A stretch of 64,000 nucleotides of DNA from an uncultured Saprospiraceae bacterium (GTDB lineage: Bacteria > Bacteroidota > Bacteroidia > Chitinophagales > Saprospiraceae), in assembly GCA_964522505.1 (NCBI GenBank), contig CAZFWJ010000011.1:4851-68850 (forward strand), written 5' to 3'. Shown in pieces: positions 1 to 9,289 of the stretch; the first letter of the stretch is position 1, and every line of letters starts with the position of its first letter. Made by a program: the position numbers and the translations under genes. The notes below the pieces were generated by a model. It was not told the origin of the DNA. It ran no database searches and saw only the letters and a program-made list of their open reading frames with translations.

Positions 1-402
1 TTGAAAGTAGAGCTCGTTAGTCTTATCATCTTCCGTGACGAATAAGAGATCTAACAGACCATCTTTATTAAGATCTACTATCATCACATCCTCCGAATCA
101 TGATAAGGGTAATAGGGATACGGCTTAGAAGCCTTTTTAGCTATCTTGTCAGGTATTCTGTCTGATCCATTTATAAATTGACCATTACCATCATTCATTA
201 GAATGACATTTTTATGAAACTCAATGGCGACCACGATATCCAAATCGCCATCCTGATCAATATCGGCTACACTGGCATCCATTGAATTCAATGGATTTTG
301 TAAAATCTCAGGTATATGGGTAAGCGAAACATCATTGAGTTCTTGTCCAAATGACTTACAAAAAAACATCCCCAATGCCACTACTAAAATTGTCTTTCTC
401 AA
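1..402 (-). CDS. FG-GAP/VCBS-repeat secreted protein, N-terminal part (C-terminus lies beyond the window start)
   Basis: Absent from the ORF track because it runs off the edge. My reverse translation from a TTG at 400-402 gives RKTILVVALGMFFCKSFGQ (signal-peptide-like). It continues ...NSMDASVADIDQDGDLDIVV... and ...VDLNKDGLLDLLFVTEDDKTNELYFQ, two DxDxDG FG-GAP-type loops. The frame stays open to base 1. Start codon uncertain. Confidence 0.6.
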   Translation of the reverse strand, partial: MRKTILVVALGMFFCKSFGQELNDVSLTHIPEILQNPLNSMDASVADIDQDGDLDIVVAIEFHKNVILMNDGNGQFINGSDRIPDKIAKKASKPYPYYPYHDSEDVMIVDLNKDGLLDLLFVTEDDKTNELYFQ

Positions 403-817
403 AGGTGATCCGTTTATACTCAAAGCAATAGGATTTAAAAATTCGACAGGCGATAATTATCGCAAAAATAAAGTTAATATCCATGGTTATAAATCAATCA
501 ACCTTCAGAATGGTTGACTCAACTTACCAGAGACTTTCTTAAGCCTATCACTACACGCCAAATACTTAGCGGACCAACATGTCTCATTTAGCTAGTCGTA
601 TCATTAAAAACAAGGTCATTAATGATGCGATTCCTTTTATTTAAAATCAAGGTTTTATAATAGTTAGTAGTACCAATACTGATGACCACAAGACCTTTAA
701 ACAACAATTAATAAAACCATTTGGCCAAGTAGTAGTAAATCTAAATTCCAAGCAAATGATAATACAGAATAGAACCTTTTCATCTTTATCTTCTTCATTA
801 TTTATCATTAATATTTC

Positions 818-1996
818 ATGATAAAATTTGAATTACCAATGAATTATTATACCCACTTAGAGTGCCATCATTGTGGTGAGATTTATGATAAATCAGAGTT
901 ACACACTTTTTGCAAAAAAGATAATCAACCTCTAGTAGCAAAATATAGTACCACAGCATCATGGTCTAAAGAAAGCTTAGATCCCAAGCTGACGAATATG
1001 TGGCGCTACCATCAATTCTTGCCAGTTGAAAAAATTGAGAATCGAATAACTCTGGAGGAGGGTAATACACCATTAATCACGCTGTCGAAGTTGGGATCTA
1101 AATTCGATCAAAACCAACTCTACCTCAAAGACGAGGCAGGAAATCCCACAGGATCGTTCAAGGCGAGAGGATTAAGTATGGCAGTGAGCAAAGCGAAGGA
1201 ATTAGGAGTGAAAAAAATGTGCATACCAACGGCTGGAAATGCGGGAAGTGCCCTCAGTGCGTACTGTGCCAAAGCTGGTATAGAAACTCATGTCTTTATG
1301 CCAGAGGCGACACCTAGAGTGTTTCAATTGGACTGTGAAATCATGGGAGCCAATGTGGTAAAGGTAAAAGGCAATATATCCGATGCTGCAAAAATGATGC
1401 AACTCAAGAATGATGGAACCTGGTTTGACGTAACAACATTAAAAGAACCATTCAGACTAGAAGGCAAAAAGACAATGGGCTATGAGATTGTTGAACAGTT
1501 AGACTGGAAGGCGCCGGATGTAATTATTTATCCGACTGGAGGAGGTACCGGGTTGATAGGAATTTGGAAAGCTCTGAAGGAGATGAAAACTCTAGGATGG
1601 ATAGATGACTATTCGACCAGGATGGTAGCTGTACAAGGAACTGGATGTGATCCAGTAATTACTTCATTTGAGAAAGGGTTAGACCACCTCACAGCGTATG
1701 AAAATCCCGAACAAACAATAGCAAATGGATTGAGAGTTCCTATGCCATTTGGTGATCGGATGATTATGAAGACACTCTATGAAAGTGATGGACGAGCCAT
1801 CTCCATATCTGACGAAGCAATAAAAGAAGGATTATCAGAATTTGCAAAGACGGAAGGCTTGTTTTTATCGCCAGAGGGGGCTGCAGTTTGGATGGGATAT
1901 AAAAAACTGAAGGAAGAAAAATGGATCAAAGATGATGAGTCAGTAGTCCTGCTCAATACTGGTTCGGGCTATAAATATGTCGAAAATTTAGATTAG
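818..1996 (+). CDS. Threonine-synthase-family PLP-dependent enzyme
   Basis: 392-aa ORF. N-terminal Cys/His zinc-ribbon-like LECHHCGEIYDKSELHTFC. PLP-lysine motif NPTGSFKARG. Glycine-rich loop PTGGGTGLIG typical of fold-type II PLP enzymes. Confidence 0.8.
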   Translation: MIKFELPMNYYTHLECHHCGEIYDKSELHTFCKKDNQPLVAKYSTTASWSKESLDPKLTNMWRYHQFLPVEKIENRITLEEGNTPLITLSKLGSKFDQNQLYLKDEAGNPTGSFKARGLSMAVSKAKELGVKKMCIPTAGNAGSALSAYCAKAGIETHVFMPEATPRVFQLDCEIMGANVVKVKGNISDAAKMMQLKNDGTWFDVTTLKEPFRLEGKKTMGYEIVEQLDWKAPDVIIYPTGGGTGLIGIWKALKEMKTLGWIDDYSTRMVAVQGTGCDPVITSFEKGLDHLTAYENPEQTIANGLRVPMPFGDRMIMKTLYESDGRAISISDEAIKEGLSEFAKTEGLFLSPEGAAVWMGYKKLKEEKWIKDDESVVLLNTGSGYKYVENLD

Positions 1997-2180
1997 CACG
2001 ATGGTCGCTTTGTTAGGTAGTCTATAAGGCCGTTATAATAATCTATATCACTATAGGTGACTATAGTCATATATGAAGCTTAGGACTCAAGGGAATGACT
2101 ATGGGCTGAATCTTGATCTCACTATGTAATCAGTTGGATATCTTAGTTGTACCTTTTTCGATATATAAGAAGAGAGCGCA

Positions 2181-3503
2181 TCAAGCTACTCTCTTATCAT
2201 CGAGTTTATTGGCATTCTTAGAGGCAGCAGAAGACAGCCGTGCTGCTTTAAAGGCATAATAGAAATACTTATGCATCGACTCGTGACTCATAAAATTGAG
2301 CCGAGCCTTGAACATCCACATCCGAAATGCCTTGTGAAGGACGAGCAGATTCTCAACACTGCGTGACAAAGCAAATGGCCAGTCTTCTTGATATTCTGGG
2401 TGAGCAATTGGTTGAAGTTCATTCTTCTTGGCATCACTCACTCTAGTTAGTTCCATCCTGGCAATGCACGCAGCACTAAACACCTGCTGACAAAATAAGA
2501 CAGGTTGCAGCGTGATCTTGTCTATGGTGAAAATCGGAGTTTCCCCCTCTCGAGAGAGACCATTAGCTGAACAATCTATGAATAGAGCCTTGCTTGCGTA
2601 GGGTACACTACCCTGTTGTAATTGTATCTCGCTCGGAGTGATCGATGTCACTCGACCTTTTTCGATGATATTGCTGATACTTCGTAGCTGAACGACTTCT
2701 CGATCACTTACGGTTGCGCAGCGCCATTTCGTAGGGTGAGAGTTGTCATTTATTCTCATGATACCAGCAGTGTTCTCCATTTCCAAGAAGAAATCATTGA
2801 TGTTCTTGGTACTCCTGAGCATATCCAATTGCTTCAATACCACTTTGGCAACATTTCCCACTTGCAATTTTTCTCGATGGAAGACCCATGGCTGATTAGA
2901 ACAGATCCAATGGATCTTCTCCTCAAGCACCCCATTATCGAGCAGGTATAGAACGGCATCCATCCCCGTCTTGCCATTGCCAATGATATAATATTGCTCC
3001 CATTTATCATATTCGTCCACTAAGTCATTAATGGGAATTAGTGGTACGCCATCCTCTACTTTATACTTCGGTGCTTGTGTAGACGGCACCTGAACTTTCA
3101 TATAGGTGGCATCGACTACTTTCTTGCGGATTTTGTAGGTCGTGATATCTTCTGGATTATCTAAAGGTGCCACCTTGCCATCTCCTAAATAATTATGCGC
3201 CGATAGAAATTCTACTCGACCACTCTTGGTCATCTTATCCAATACAGCCTGATAGTATTCTAAAATTTCAGTCTTTGAGGACAAGTCGGTTGTACCATTG
3301 CCCAGCACTCTCGAATTGACGCCATAAAATGCTGCCGGCTGATGGAGCCTCACAAAGGAGTATGCATTGACCCAATGTCCACCTGGTATGGACCTGCGAT
3401 CTACTATGGATAATGTAGCACTTGAGTCCTGATGAAATATTTCATCAGCAAATGCCATTCCCATAGCTCCAGCACCAATAATGAGATAATCTGTTTCTTT
3501 CAT
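2181..3503 (-). CDS. FAD/NAD(P)-binding oxidoreductase (flavin monooxygenase-like)
   Basis: 440-aa ORF. N-terminal Rossmann dinucleotide motif DYLIIGAGAMGMAFA. Second GxGxxG-like IIGNGKTGMD. Confidence 0.75.
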   Translation of the reverse strand: MKETDYLIIGAGAMGMAFADEIFHQDSSATLSIVDRRSIPGGHWVNAYSFVRLHQPAAFYGVNSRVLGNGTTDLSSKTEILEYYQAVLDKMTKSGRVEFLSAHNYLGDGKVAPLDNPEDITTYKIRKKVVDATYMKVQVPSTQAPKYKVEDGVPLIPINDLVDEYDKWEQYYIIGNGKTGMDAVLYLLDNGVLEEKIHWICSNQPWVFHREKLQVGNVAKVVLKQLDMLRSTKNINDFFLEMENTAGIMRINDNSHPTKWRCATVSDREVVQLRSISNIIEKGRVTSITPSEIQLQQGSVPYASKALFIDCSANGLSREGETPIFTIDKITLQPVLFCQQVFSAACIARMELTRVSDAKKNELQPIAHPEYQEDWPFALSRSVENLLVLHKAFRMWMFKARLNFMSHESMHKYFYYAFKAARLSSAASKNANKLDDKRVA

Positions 3504-3526
3504 ACCACCGACAGAATTCTTGATAG

Positions 3527-4021
3527 CTAAGATAGTCTCATGGATCGATAACTTCCGATGACAACAAGTACGACGACAATCAGTGCGGCGACGACTGCCG
3601 GATAAAAAGTGAAATATGCAAAGTGATTGATAAAAGGTCCGTCAGGCATGAGACCACGATTAGTCGTATAGGGTGCCGAGGAAAAGCCTAATGCATTGCC
3701 CCATACTTCGACCAGACCTGCTATTAACAATATCTTGGCCTCTCTCTTGGTCAGTTTTAATAAGGGCGCAATGGCCACTACTAATATGACTAACATCCCA
3801 TGCATGATAGGTCCCAGATGCGCATTGCGCCAGAGCTCCTTCTGGTCTGGTACAGAGAGTTCTATGGGGGGCAGTGGCCACAGTTGTAGGTAATCTCCCA
3901 GGGCTATCAGCCAAGCAAACCCAGCAAAACTACCTATGAGAATTACGATAGCCGAGTTGAAAATCATTTTGGCTCGCTGCTTCTGAGTAAGTCCAGGATA
4001 TGTGACATCAATAGAAGTCAT
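3527..4021 (-). CDS. Small integral membrane protein (about 4 TM), unknown function
   Basis: 164-aa ORF with several long hydrophobic stretches. Lies 23 nt upstream of the flavoprotein gene on the same strand. The nested ORFs 3660-3914 and 3696-3893 are shadow frames. Confidence 0.6.
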   Translation of the reverse strand: MTSIDVTYPGLTQKQRAKMIFNSAIVILIGSFAGFAWLIALGDYLQLWPLPPIELSVPDQKELWRNAHLGPIMHGMLVILVVAIAPLLKLTKREAKILLIAGLVEVWGNALGFSSAPYTTNRGLMPDGPFINHFAYFTFYPAVVAALIVVVLVVIGSYRSMRLS

Positions 4022-4300
4022 GATAGATCAGTTATAGCACACGAGGTAGTATAGTTCATAGTTGTGAGGATTATTCGATTTGTAAATTAGTCAATTTACT
4101 TGCTGCAGCAGCTAACAAGTTTGCAAGATTCCATTGATGCATACAGAGATTACTTCATTGGCAATACTTCACTCAAAGAGTATAAACTACAAAGGAGGTT
4201 GGCCAGAGTCATCTTCCAAGGTCCTATAAGCGTAATTGAGCATAAGGACGTTATTGAGCTTGAACGTGTATCTTACTAATACTAATCATAAGTACTAACT

Positions 4301-4762
4301 ATGAATCGATCCATATTCGTTCTCCTGAGCCTGGTGCTATTCGGTCTAGGCTGCAGCTCAGATGATGATGAGGTGAGCTGCGACAAAGAGACCATCATAT
4401 TTGGACATTTCTTTGGAGAATGCTCAGGAGAGCGTTGCGTAGAGATTTACATGCTGCAAAATCAATCGCTTTTTGAGGACTCTAATGAATTTTTTGACAG
4501 TTCAGAATTCGATTTTGAAGAATTGAGTAATGACTTATATACTCAGGTAGAAGATGTCAGAGCTTTGTTTCCACGTGAGCTTATTAATACCAGGAGTCAA
4601 ACTTATGGTTGTCCCGATTGTGCAGATCAAGGGGGTGTATATCTGCAGCTCGTAGATCGGGGTGGGAGGGAATTCTTTATAGACCAAGACATCAATGAAA
4701 TTCCTCAATTTTTACGAGATTTTGTCTTAGAGGTGAATGAACGAATTACGCTCTTGCCTTAA
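4301..4762 (+). CDS. Hypothetical lipoprotein
   Basis: 153-aa ORF. Signal peptide ending in lipobox-like LGCSS. Acidic, Cys-containing mature part. No family recognised. Confidence 0.55.
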   Translation: MNRSIFVLLSLVLFGLGCSSDDDEVSCDKETIIFGHFFGECSGERCVEIYMLQNQSLFEDSNEFFDSSEFDFEELSNDLYTQVEDVRALFPRELINTRSQTYGCPDCADQGGVYLQLVDRGGREFFIDQDINEIPQFLRDFVLEVNERITLLP

Positions 4763-4958
4763 TAGATTATAGTAAAGACCTGCAAGGTTGTAAGCAATAG
4801 CCCAACGTCAATCATTATCGAAAATGGATTTTCATCATCGGCATATCATTATTAAGTGCGTTGAACAACTCTAAACATCAATCGATAATTCCATCATAGC
4901 CATTACAATTAGGCTAACTTTCTTCTCGTTACATAGACTAGACTTTAACTATCAGATT

Positions 4959-5546
4959 ATGAAAAAAAATATCCTATTAGTATCGTGTTTGCTTCTATGT
5001 TTTCTGACTCAAGCCCAAGAAATTGAGATCAATCCAGAATGGCAGAATAAAGGGGATTTCGTGTTTGCCTCATATATTGGGCTAACGACGAGCACACTTT
5101 CAGCAGGTGACTTTATTGATGAAGACAACAACTCAGGCAGCTCATTTCTGCTTGGAATACAGGCTGATTACTTTTTCAAGCATAATTGGAGCGTAAAGGC
5201 AAAATTCAACTATGAGAATCGAGACTTCGGCACAGGTGCGAACGAGTTTCTTAATCTTACTATCACCCCAGTATGGCACTTTGGTAAGAACAGGAGATGG
5301 CATTTGCATTTAGGTGCGGCATATTCGGCATTTTTAGATGATTCTATAGCGGATGGCGCATTTGAGACTGATCTGGGTATCGGAGTTATTATACCTATAG
5401 GATCTCACCGATTCTTCATAGAAATAGACGGTGTCACTGATAATAATGCTTTCGAGGTAAACATTACAGATATGAATGGTAGTGTCATCAGCACTACTAC
5501 ATTCCGGACAAATCGCAGCTCAATTAATTTTGGATATTTATTTTAA
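4959..5546 (+). CDS. Outer-membrane beta-barrel (porin-family) protein
   Basis: 195-aa ORF. Signal peptide MKKNILLVSCLLLCFLTQAQ. Alternating hydrophobic pattern. C-terminal ...INFGYLF aromatic terminus typical of small OM barrels. Confidence 0.65.
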   Translation: MKKNILLVSCLLLCFLTQAQEIEINPEWQNKGDFVFASYIGLTTSTLSAGDFIDEDNNSGSSFLLGIQADYFFKHNWSVKAKFNYENRDFGTGANEFLNLTITPVWHFGKNRRWHLHLGAAYSAFLDDSIADGAFETDLGIGVIIPIGSHRFFIEIDGVTDNNAFEVNITDMNGSVISTTTFRTNRSSINFGYLF

Positions 5547-5644
5547 TTCCATCGGCAGGCGACTTTATAGCCTCCATCAATTATAAGGTATATCTTCATT
5601 AGGAACTATTACGCTTACCAAGCGGCTTATACTAATGATTAGAT

Positions 5645-5872
5645 ATGATTAAGACTATTGTAGAAATTGCCTCGGCAATACTAATTCTAATCGGATTTGA
5701 ATTATTCAACAGGAAGAGCATCGTCGCTTTTCAAATCATGGCAGTCGGACAGTTTCTTGCTATGATCATCTGTGGATTTACAGATCTTTGGTTTCTCGCC
5801 ATCATGCATTTTGTCAATTGCCTTATGCAAATTAGAGGATGGTTAAAATGGCGAGAGAAAGCTGAAACTTAA
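5645..5872 (+). CDS. Small hydrophobic membrane protein, unknown function
   Basis: 75-aa ORF with two or three predicted TM helices. No recognisable motif. Confidence 0.4.
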   Translation: MIKTIVEIASAILILIGFELFNRKSIVAFQIMAVGQFLAMIICGFTDLWFLAIMHFVNCLMQIRGWLKWREKAET

Positions 5873-5877
5873 GCAAT

Positions 5878-6690
5878 CTAAGAGCTGGTCAGCGGAAATA
5901 GGCGCTCAAGCTCTGCATCACTGCAATCAAGCTCAAGATTAAACCGACTGGCTAATGTATCAAGCCATGCCGAACCATAAGGGACATGAGACTTGTCTAC
6001 GACTTCTATTCCCTTGCGGGTCGATAGCTCAGTATTGAATAGGCCAATACGTCCTTCTTCCGTATATCTCCCAATAAAACGATCGGTGTAAAAATGTGAT
6101 TTAGGATTGGTAGACATATAATAATTGGAAATGTAGATATCGTCTGAGCTGATGTCGACATAGTCAAAACTATATTGATTAGCCCAGCCTTCACCAACCT
6201 TGCGCTGAATAATGAACTGATTGACATTAAATGGAACAATTCGCACGATGCCATCATGGTCATTGATTTCGGATTGATCATTTATGTTGAGCGGAACCTT
6301 GCTCATTAAACCACCGAAGCCCACATCTGTGACATACTCCTCTCCATCCAAACCAACCAATAATGCTAAGTGATTCCTAGGAGGAATGTGCTCCGGATTG
6401 CGCAACCATACCCTGCCCATTACTTGCCGAACCGAAAAGCCCAAGGATTTCAGCAGTAGTTCATACAATGTATTCAGCTCAAAACAATAGCCACCCCTGT
6501 TTGACTTAATAACTTTTTGAAAGAGCTTATCCGGCTCAAGGGCTATACCTCGTTTTAGAATTACATCTAAATTTTCGAATGGGATCGCCTGCATATGGTG
6601 TTGCTGAAGTGCTACCAAGCCCTCGAAGTCAGTGTTAATATTGAGCAGATTTATTCTGGCTAAGTATTGATTTGCTTGGGCTTCAGTCAT
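5878..6690 (-). CDS. Arylamine N-acetyltransferase
   Basis: 270-aa ORF. Catalytic-Cys motif RGGYCFELN, then NHLALLV and YVTDVGFGG, matching the NAT Cys-His-Asp triad context. Confidence 0.88.
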   Translation of the reverse strand: MTEAQANQYLARINLLNINTDFEGLVALQQHHMQAIPFENLDVILKRGIALEPDKLFQKVIKSNRGGYCFELNTLYELLLKSLGFSVRQVMGRVWLRNPEHIPPRNHLALLVGLDGEEYVTDVGFGGLMSKVPLNINDQSEINDHDGIVRIVPFNVNQFIIQRKVGEGWANQYSFDYVDISSDDIYISNYYMSTNPKSHFYTDRFIGRYTEEGRIGLFNTELSTRKGIEVVDKSHVPYGSAWLDTLASRFNLELDCSDAELERLFPLTSS

Positions 6691-6716
6691 GGTATAAACT
6701 CTACAATTATACGTTA

Positions 6717-7793
6717 CTATTCACAAGTAATCAACAGCTTAAACTCCTGTGTTGTCTCTTGAGATTCCTCAGTAATAGGTCTATCAAACAGGTGCATCAG
6801 ATTGTTGCCCGCCAAGTCCTCGAGTTGTTGCTCAAGACTGATGGTGTAATCCCCCGCTTGCCAATTCTCCTCAGGCTGGAATAAGATTGTATTGCCATGA
6901 CTATCGTACTCAAGCGTACCCGCCACTCTATGGCCCTGATAGTATAGTCCGAAGGCATCGATGAGGCTGCCATAATCGACCTGTTCGGTAATAGCTATAG
7001 TCAGTGGATTGAGCGTATGTGCCTGCAAGCTGCCTACGCTCCATGCATCTATAGATGGCTGCTCTCTATCGGCATCAGTGGTTACGAAGCGATGACTAAC
7101 TGGGTTGACCATATTTGATCCCTCCATATCTTTGATGGCTCCATCTATCTGCAGAATATAGGTCGCATATGGATCAAACACACTGCCCAGATGACGATTA
7201 GGCCCCAGGAGTCGCTTTTGTCGGCCTGGCTCTATCCAAATAGTCAACAGTGTCCCATCATCTGATAGCAAGGGCGCCTTCAGGTTTAATATGGAGCGAT
7301 CGATTGCGGCACCATCTTCATTCAAAAATTGAATGTGTTCATAGATTTTAACAGGGTTAACAGGTCGCGAAAATCGGATATACCATTTTAAAATGTTGGC
7401 AGGAACTTCCTTGACCGAAGGATAGATATTGACGATATCAATGGCTTCATAAGCTTGTGGCTTATCGATACTGAAGTGTGATACCGCTCCTTCACACAAT
7501 AGGGTATACGGAGTCTCTTGATTAAATGGAACTAATGGCTTGAATATAATTGAGGACTTCTCTGACTCGATCGTGCCGATAATCGTAGGCCCTTCATAGC
7601 TGTAAGGATCAACAGTGATCTGCCCTTTAATGACCTTAAAATCATCGGTATCACATCCCCCCGATACAGTAAGATAGGATGTGTTGAGTTCCAGAATTTC
7701 TGGAGGCTGCTGACTACTAGCCTCCAGAACTCCCGATATCAGGATAGCACAAGTCAACAGTGCACCCCATGTAGAGTGTTGGACTATAACCAA
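6717..7793 (-). CDS. Secreted hypothetical protein (Ig-like/SbsA-like repeats suspected)
   Basis: 358-aa ORF starting at a TTG. Hydrophobic N-terminus. Overlaps the stop of the upstream gene by 10 nt. Start codon uncertain. Confidence 0.55.
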   Translation of the reverse strand: MVIVQHSTWGALLTCAILISGVLEASSQQPPEILELNTSYLTVSGGCDTDDFKVIKGQITVDPYSYEGPTIIGTIESEKSSIIFKPLVPFNQETPYTLLCEGAVSHFSIDKPQAYEAIDIVNIYPSVKEVPANILKWYIRFSRPVNPVKIYEHIQFLNEDGAAIDRSILNLKAPLLSDDGTLLTIWIEPGRQKRLLGPNRHLGSVFDPYATYILQIDGAIKDMEGSNMVNPVSHRFVTTDADREQPSIDAWSVGSLQAHTLNPLTIAITEQVDYGSLIDAFGLYYQGHRVAGTLEYDSHGNTILFQPEENWQAGDYTISLEQQLEDLAGNNLMHLFDRPITEESQETTQEFKLLITCE

Positions 7794-8881
7794 CGATTAT
7801 TACTTGTCTTGAGGCCTAATACGCCATTAGCACCACGCTGAATCATCACGAAGGTCGTTTCGTTGAGTTTATCCAACTGTTGCACGTTGACAAAAGGCAG
7901 GTTGATAAAGTCTACTCCTGCCGTGCCTGCACGCTCCTGAACACGCTCTGTAAGAGAGTCACTAAAACCCTCGATGTTAGACACTTTAATCTTCATAAGT
8001 GCTCGATTAGAATTAGCCATAAGCACGTAGCGCTCACCTTCTTTCTCCATCTCGATGATATCAAGCGGGGTGTTCCAATTACCTAACTCAGCCACAGTAC
8101 GTCCTTTGGCGTGAGCTCCATCCTGTAGATCACTCATTGGAAATACGACAAGCGGCGTACAGGTATAACTCGCTAATATCTGCGACTTACCGTTGATCTT
8201 AATCGGCGTAAAGGTCTTGATTGGTGCATAAGTCTCATACTGACCATGAGCGGCATGATATATCTCGAGTGAGCTCTGTAATTCGCTCTCATTGAACGGA
8301 AACGATATCGCTCTGAATGTAGAAGAAAACTCCGCATTGCTCAAGCCACTAACCATCACTTTACCCTCGGCATATCTCAAATCAGATATCGCCCATTGGC
8401 GCAACGACCTTCCTCTTCTATCGGTGGCGTCAGCAGCAACAGCGTTGTCCAACACAGTTTTAGAATAGCTAACTCTTTCTATATTGACAGGCTCGAGCGT
8501 ATTATTATTCACTAAGAACAGTAATGACTTACCAGAACTGTGATTTACAGCGATATAGACATTTTCGTTTGAGGGGTCTACGGCAAGATCTATGATCTGC
8601 AGCTGATCGGTCTCTGTTCCCAATAGTTTACTGAGCTCCTCCTCTAGATCAGCAATTGCCATCTGATCATTCTCAGCTTTTTCCTGAGTAGATAGATCGA
8701 TTGCAACCACCTCTGCGGCATCGCTATCTCCGATGAATAATATGCCCTCAGGTCCAAAAGCCATAGCATGAACACTCTGTATCTCAGGATCTCCTAAGAC
8801 AAAATCTTCAGTATAATTAATTGAGGCGATTGCGACGCTGCTGATCAACGCCAATGCTAATAGTAGAAATAGCTGTTTCAT
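7784..8881 (-). CDS. Secreted hypothetical protein (beta-propeller-like by composition)
   Basis: 365-aa ORF. Clear signal peptide MKQLFLLLALALISSVAIA. No catalytic motif recognised. Confidence 0.6.
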   Translation of the reverse strand: MKQLFLLLALALISSVAIASINYTEDFVLGDPEIQSVHAMAFGPEGILFIGDSDAAEVVAIDLSTQEKAENDQMAIADLEEELSKLLGTETDQLQIIDLAVDPSNENVYIAVNHSSGKSLLFLVNNNTLEPVNIERVSYSKTVLDNAVAADATDRRGRSLRQWAISDLRYAEGKVMVSGLSNAEFSSTFRAISFPFNESELQSSLEIYHAAHGQYETYAPIKTFTPIKINGKSQILASYTCTPLVVFPMSDLQDGAHAKGRTVAELGNWNTPLDIIEMEKEGERYVLMANSNRALMKIKVSNIEGFSDSLTERVQERAGTAGVDFINLPFVNVQQLDKLNETTFVMIQRGANGVLGLKTSNNRWL

Positions 8882-9289
8882 TGCTGATGTTTATGTTTAA
8901 ATGTATATGACTGTTTAAGGTTAACCAATATCAACGGCTATAGTTTTGGAGTGGCATTATCTAACTATCAGTGGTCTGTCTGAAGACCTTAATTCAGCCA
9001 ATGTGAGTAGTATGTCGAAAATCGCCAATTTAGTTTCTCTTTGCCACTATTGAGTAGGCCGTGTTGCAGGATTTGGCAGTTGCCTTGATCATGCCATATG
9101 CGCGATCTGCTAAAATTGAATAGATCGAAATATTATACTGCAATTTATTTTATACGCAAAATTTATTTAAGTAATAAGACAATGTATAAATAGTATCTCT
9201 TCCGATTTCTCTGCACAACTTTCTCAAATGGTCATAAGTTTGTGTACTAATTGATCAAGTTCAATATTGCACTACACTAAGTATAAATT

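Noticed and set aside
335-517. 60-aa + strand ORF at the left end.
   Set aside because: It overlaps the N-terminus and start region of the minus-strand FG-GAP protein, starts at a TTG, and has no recognisable features.
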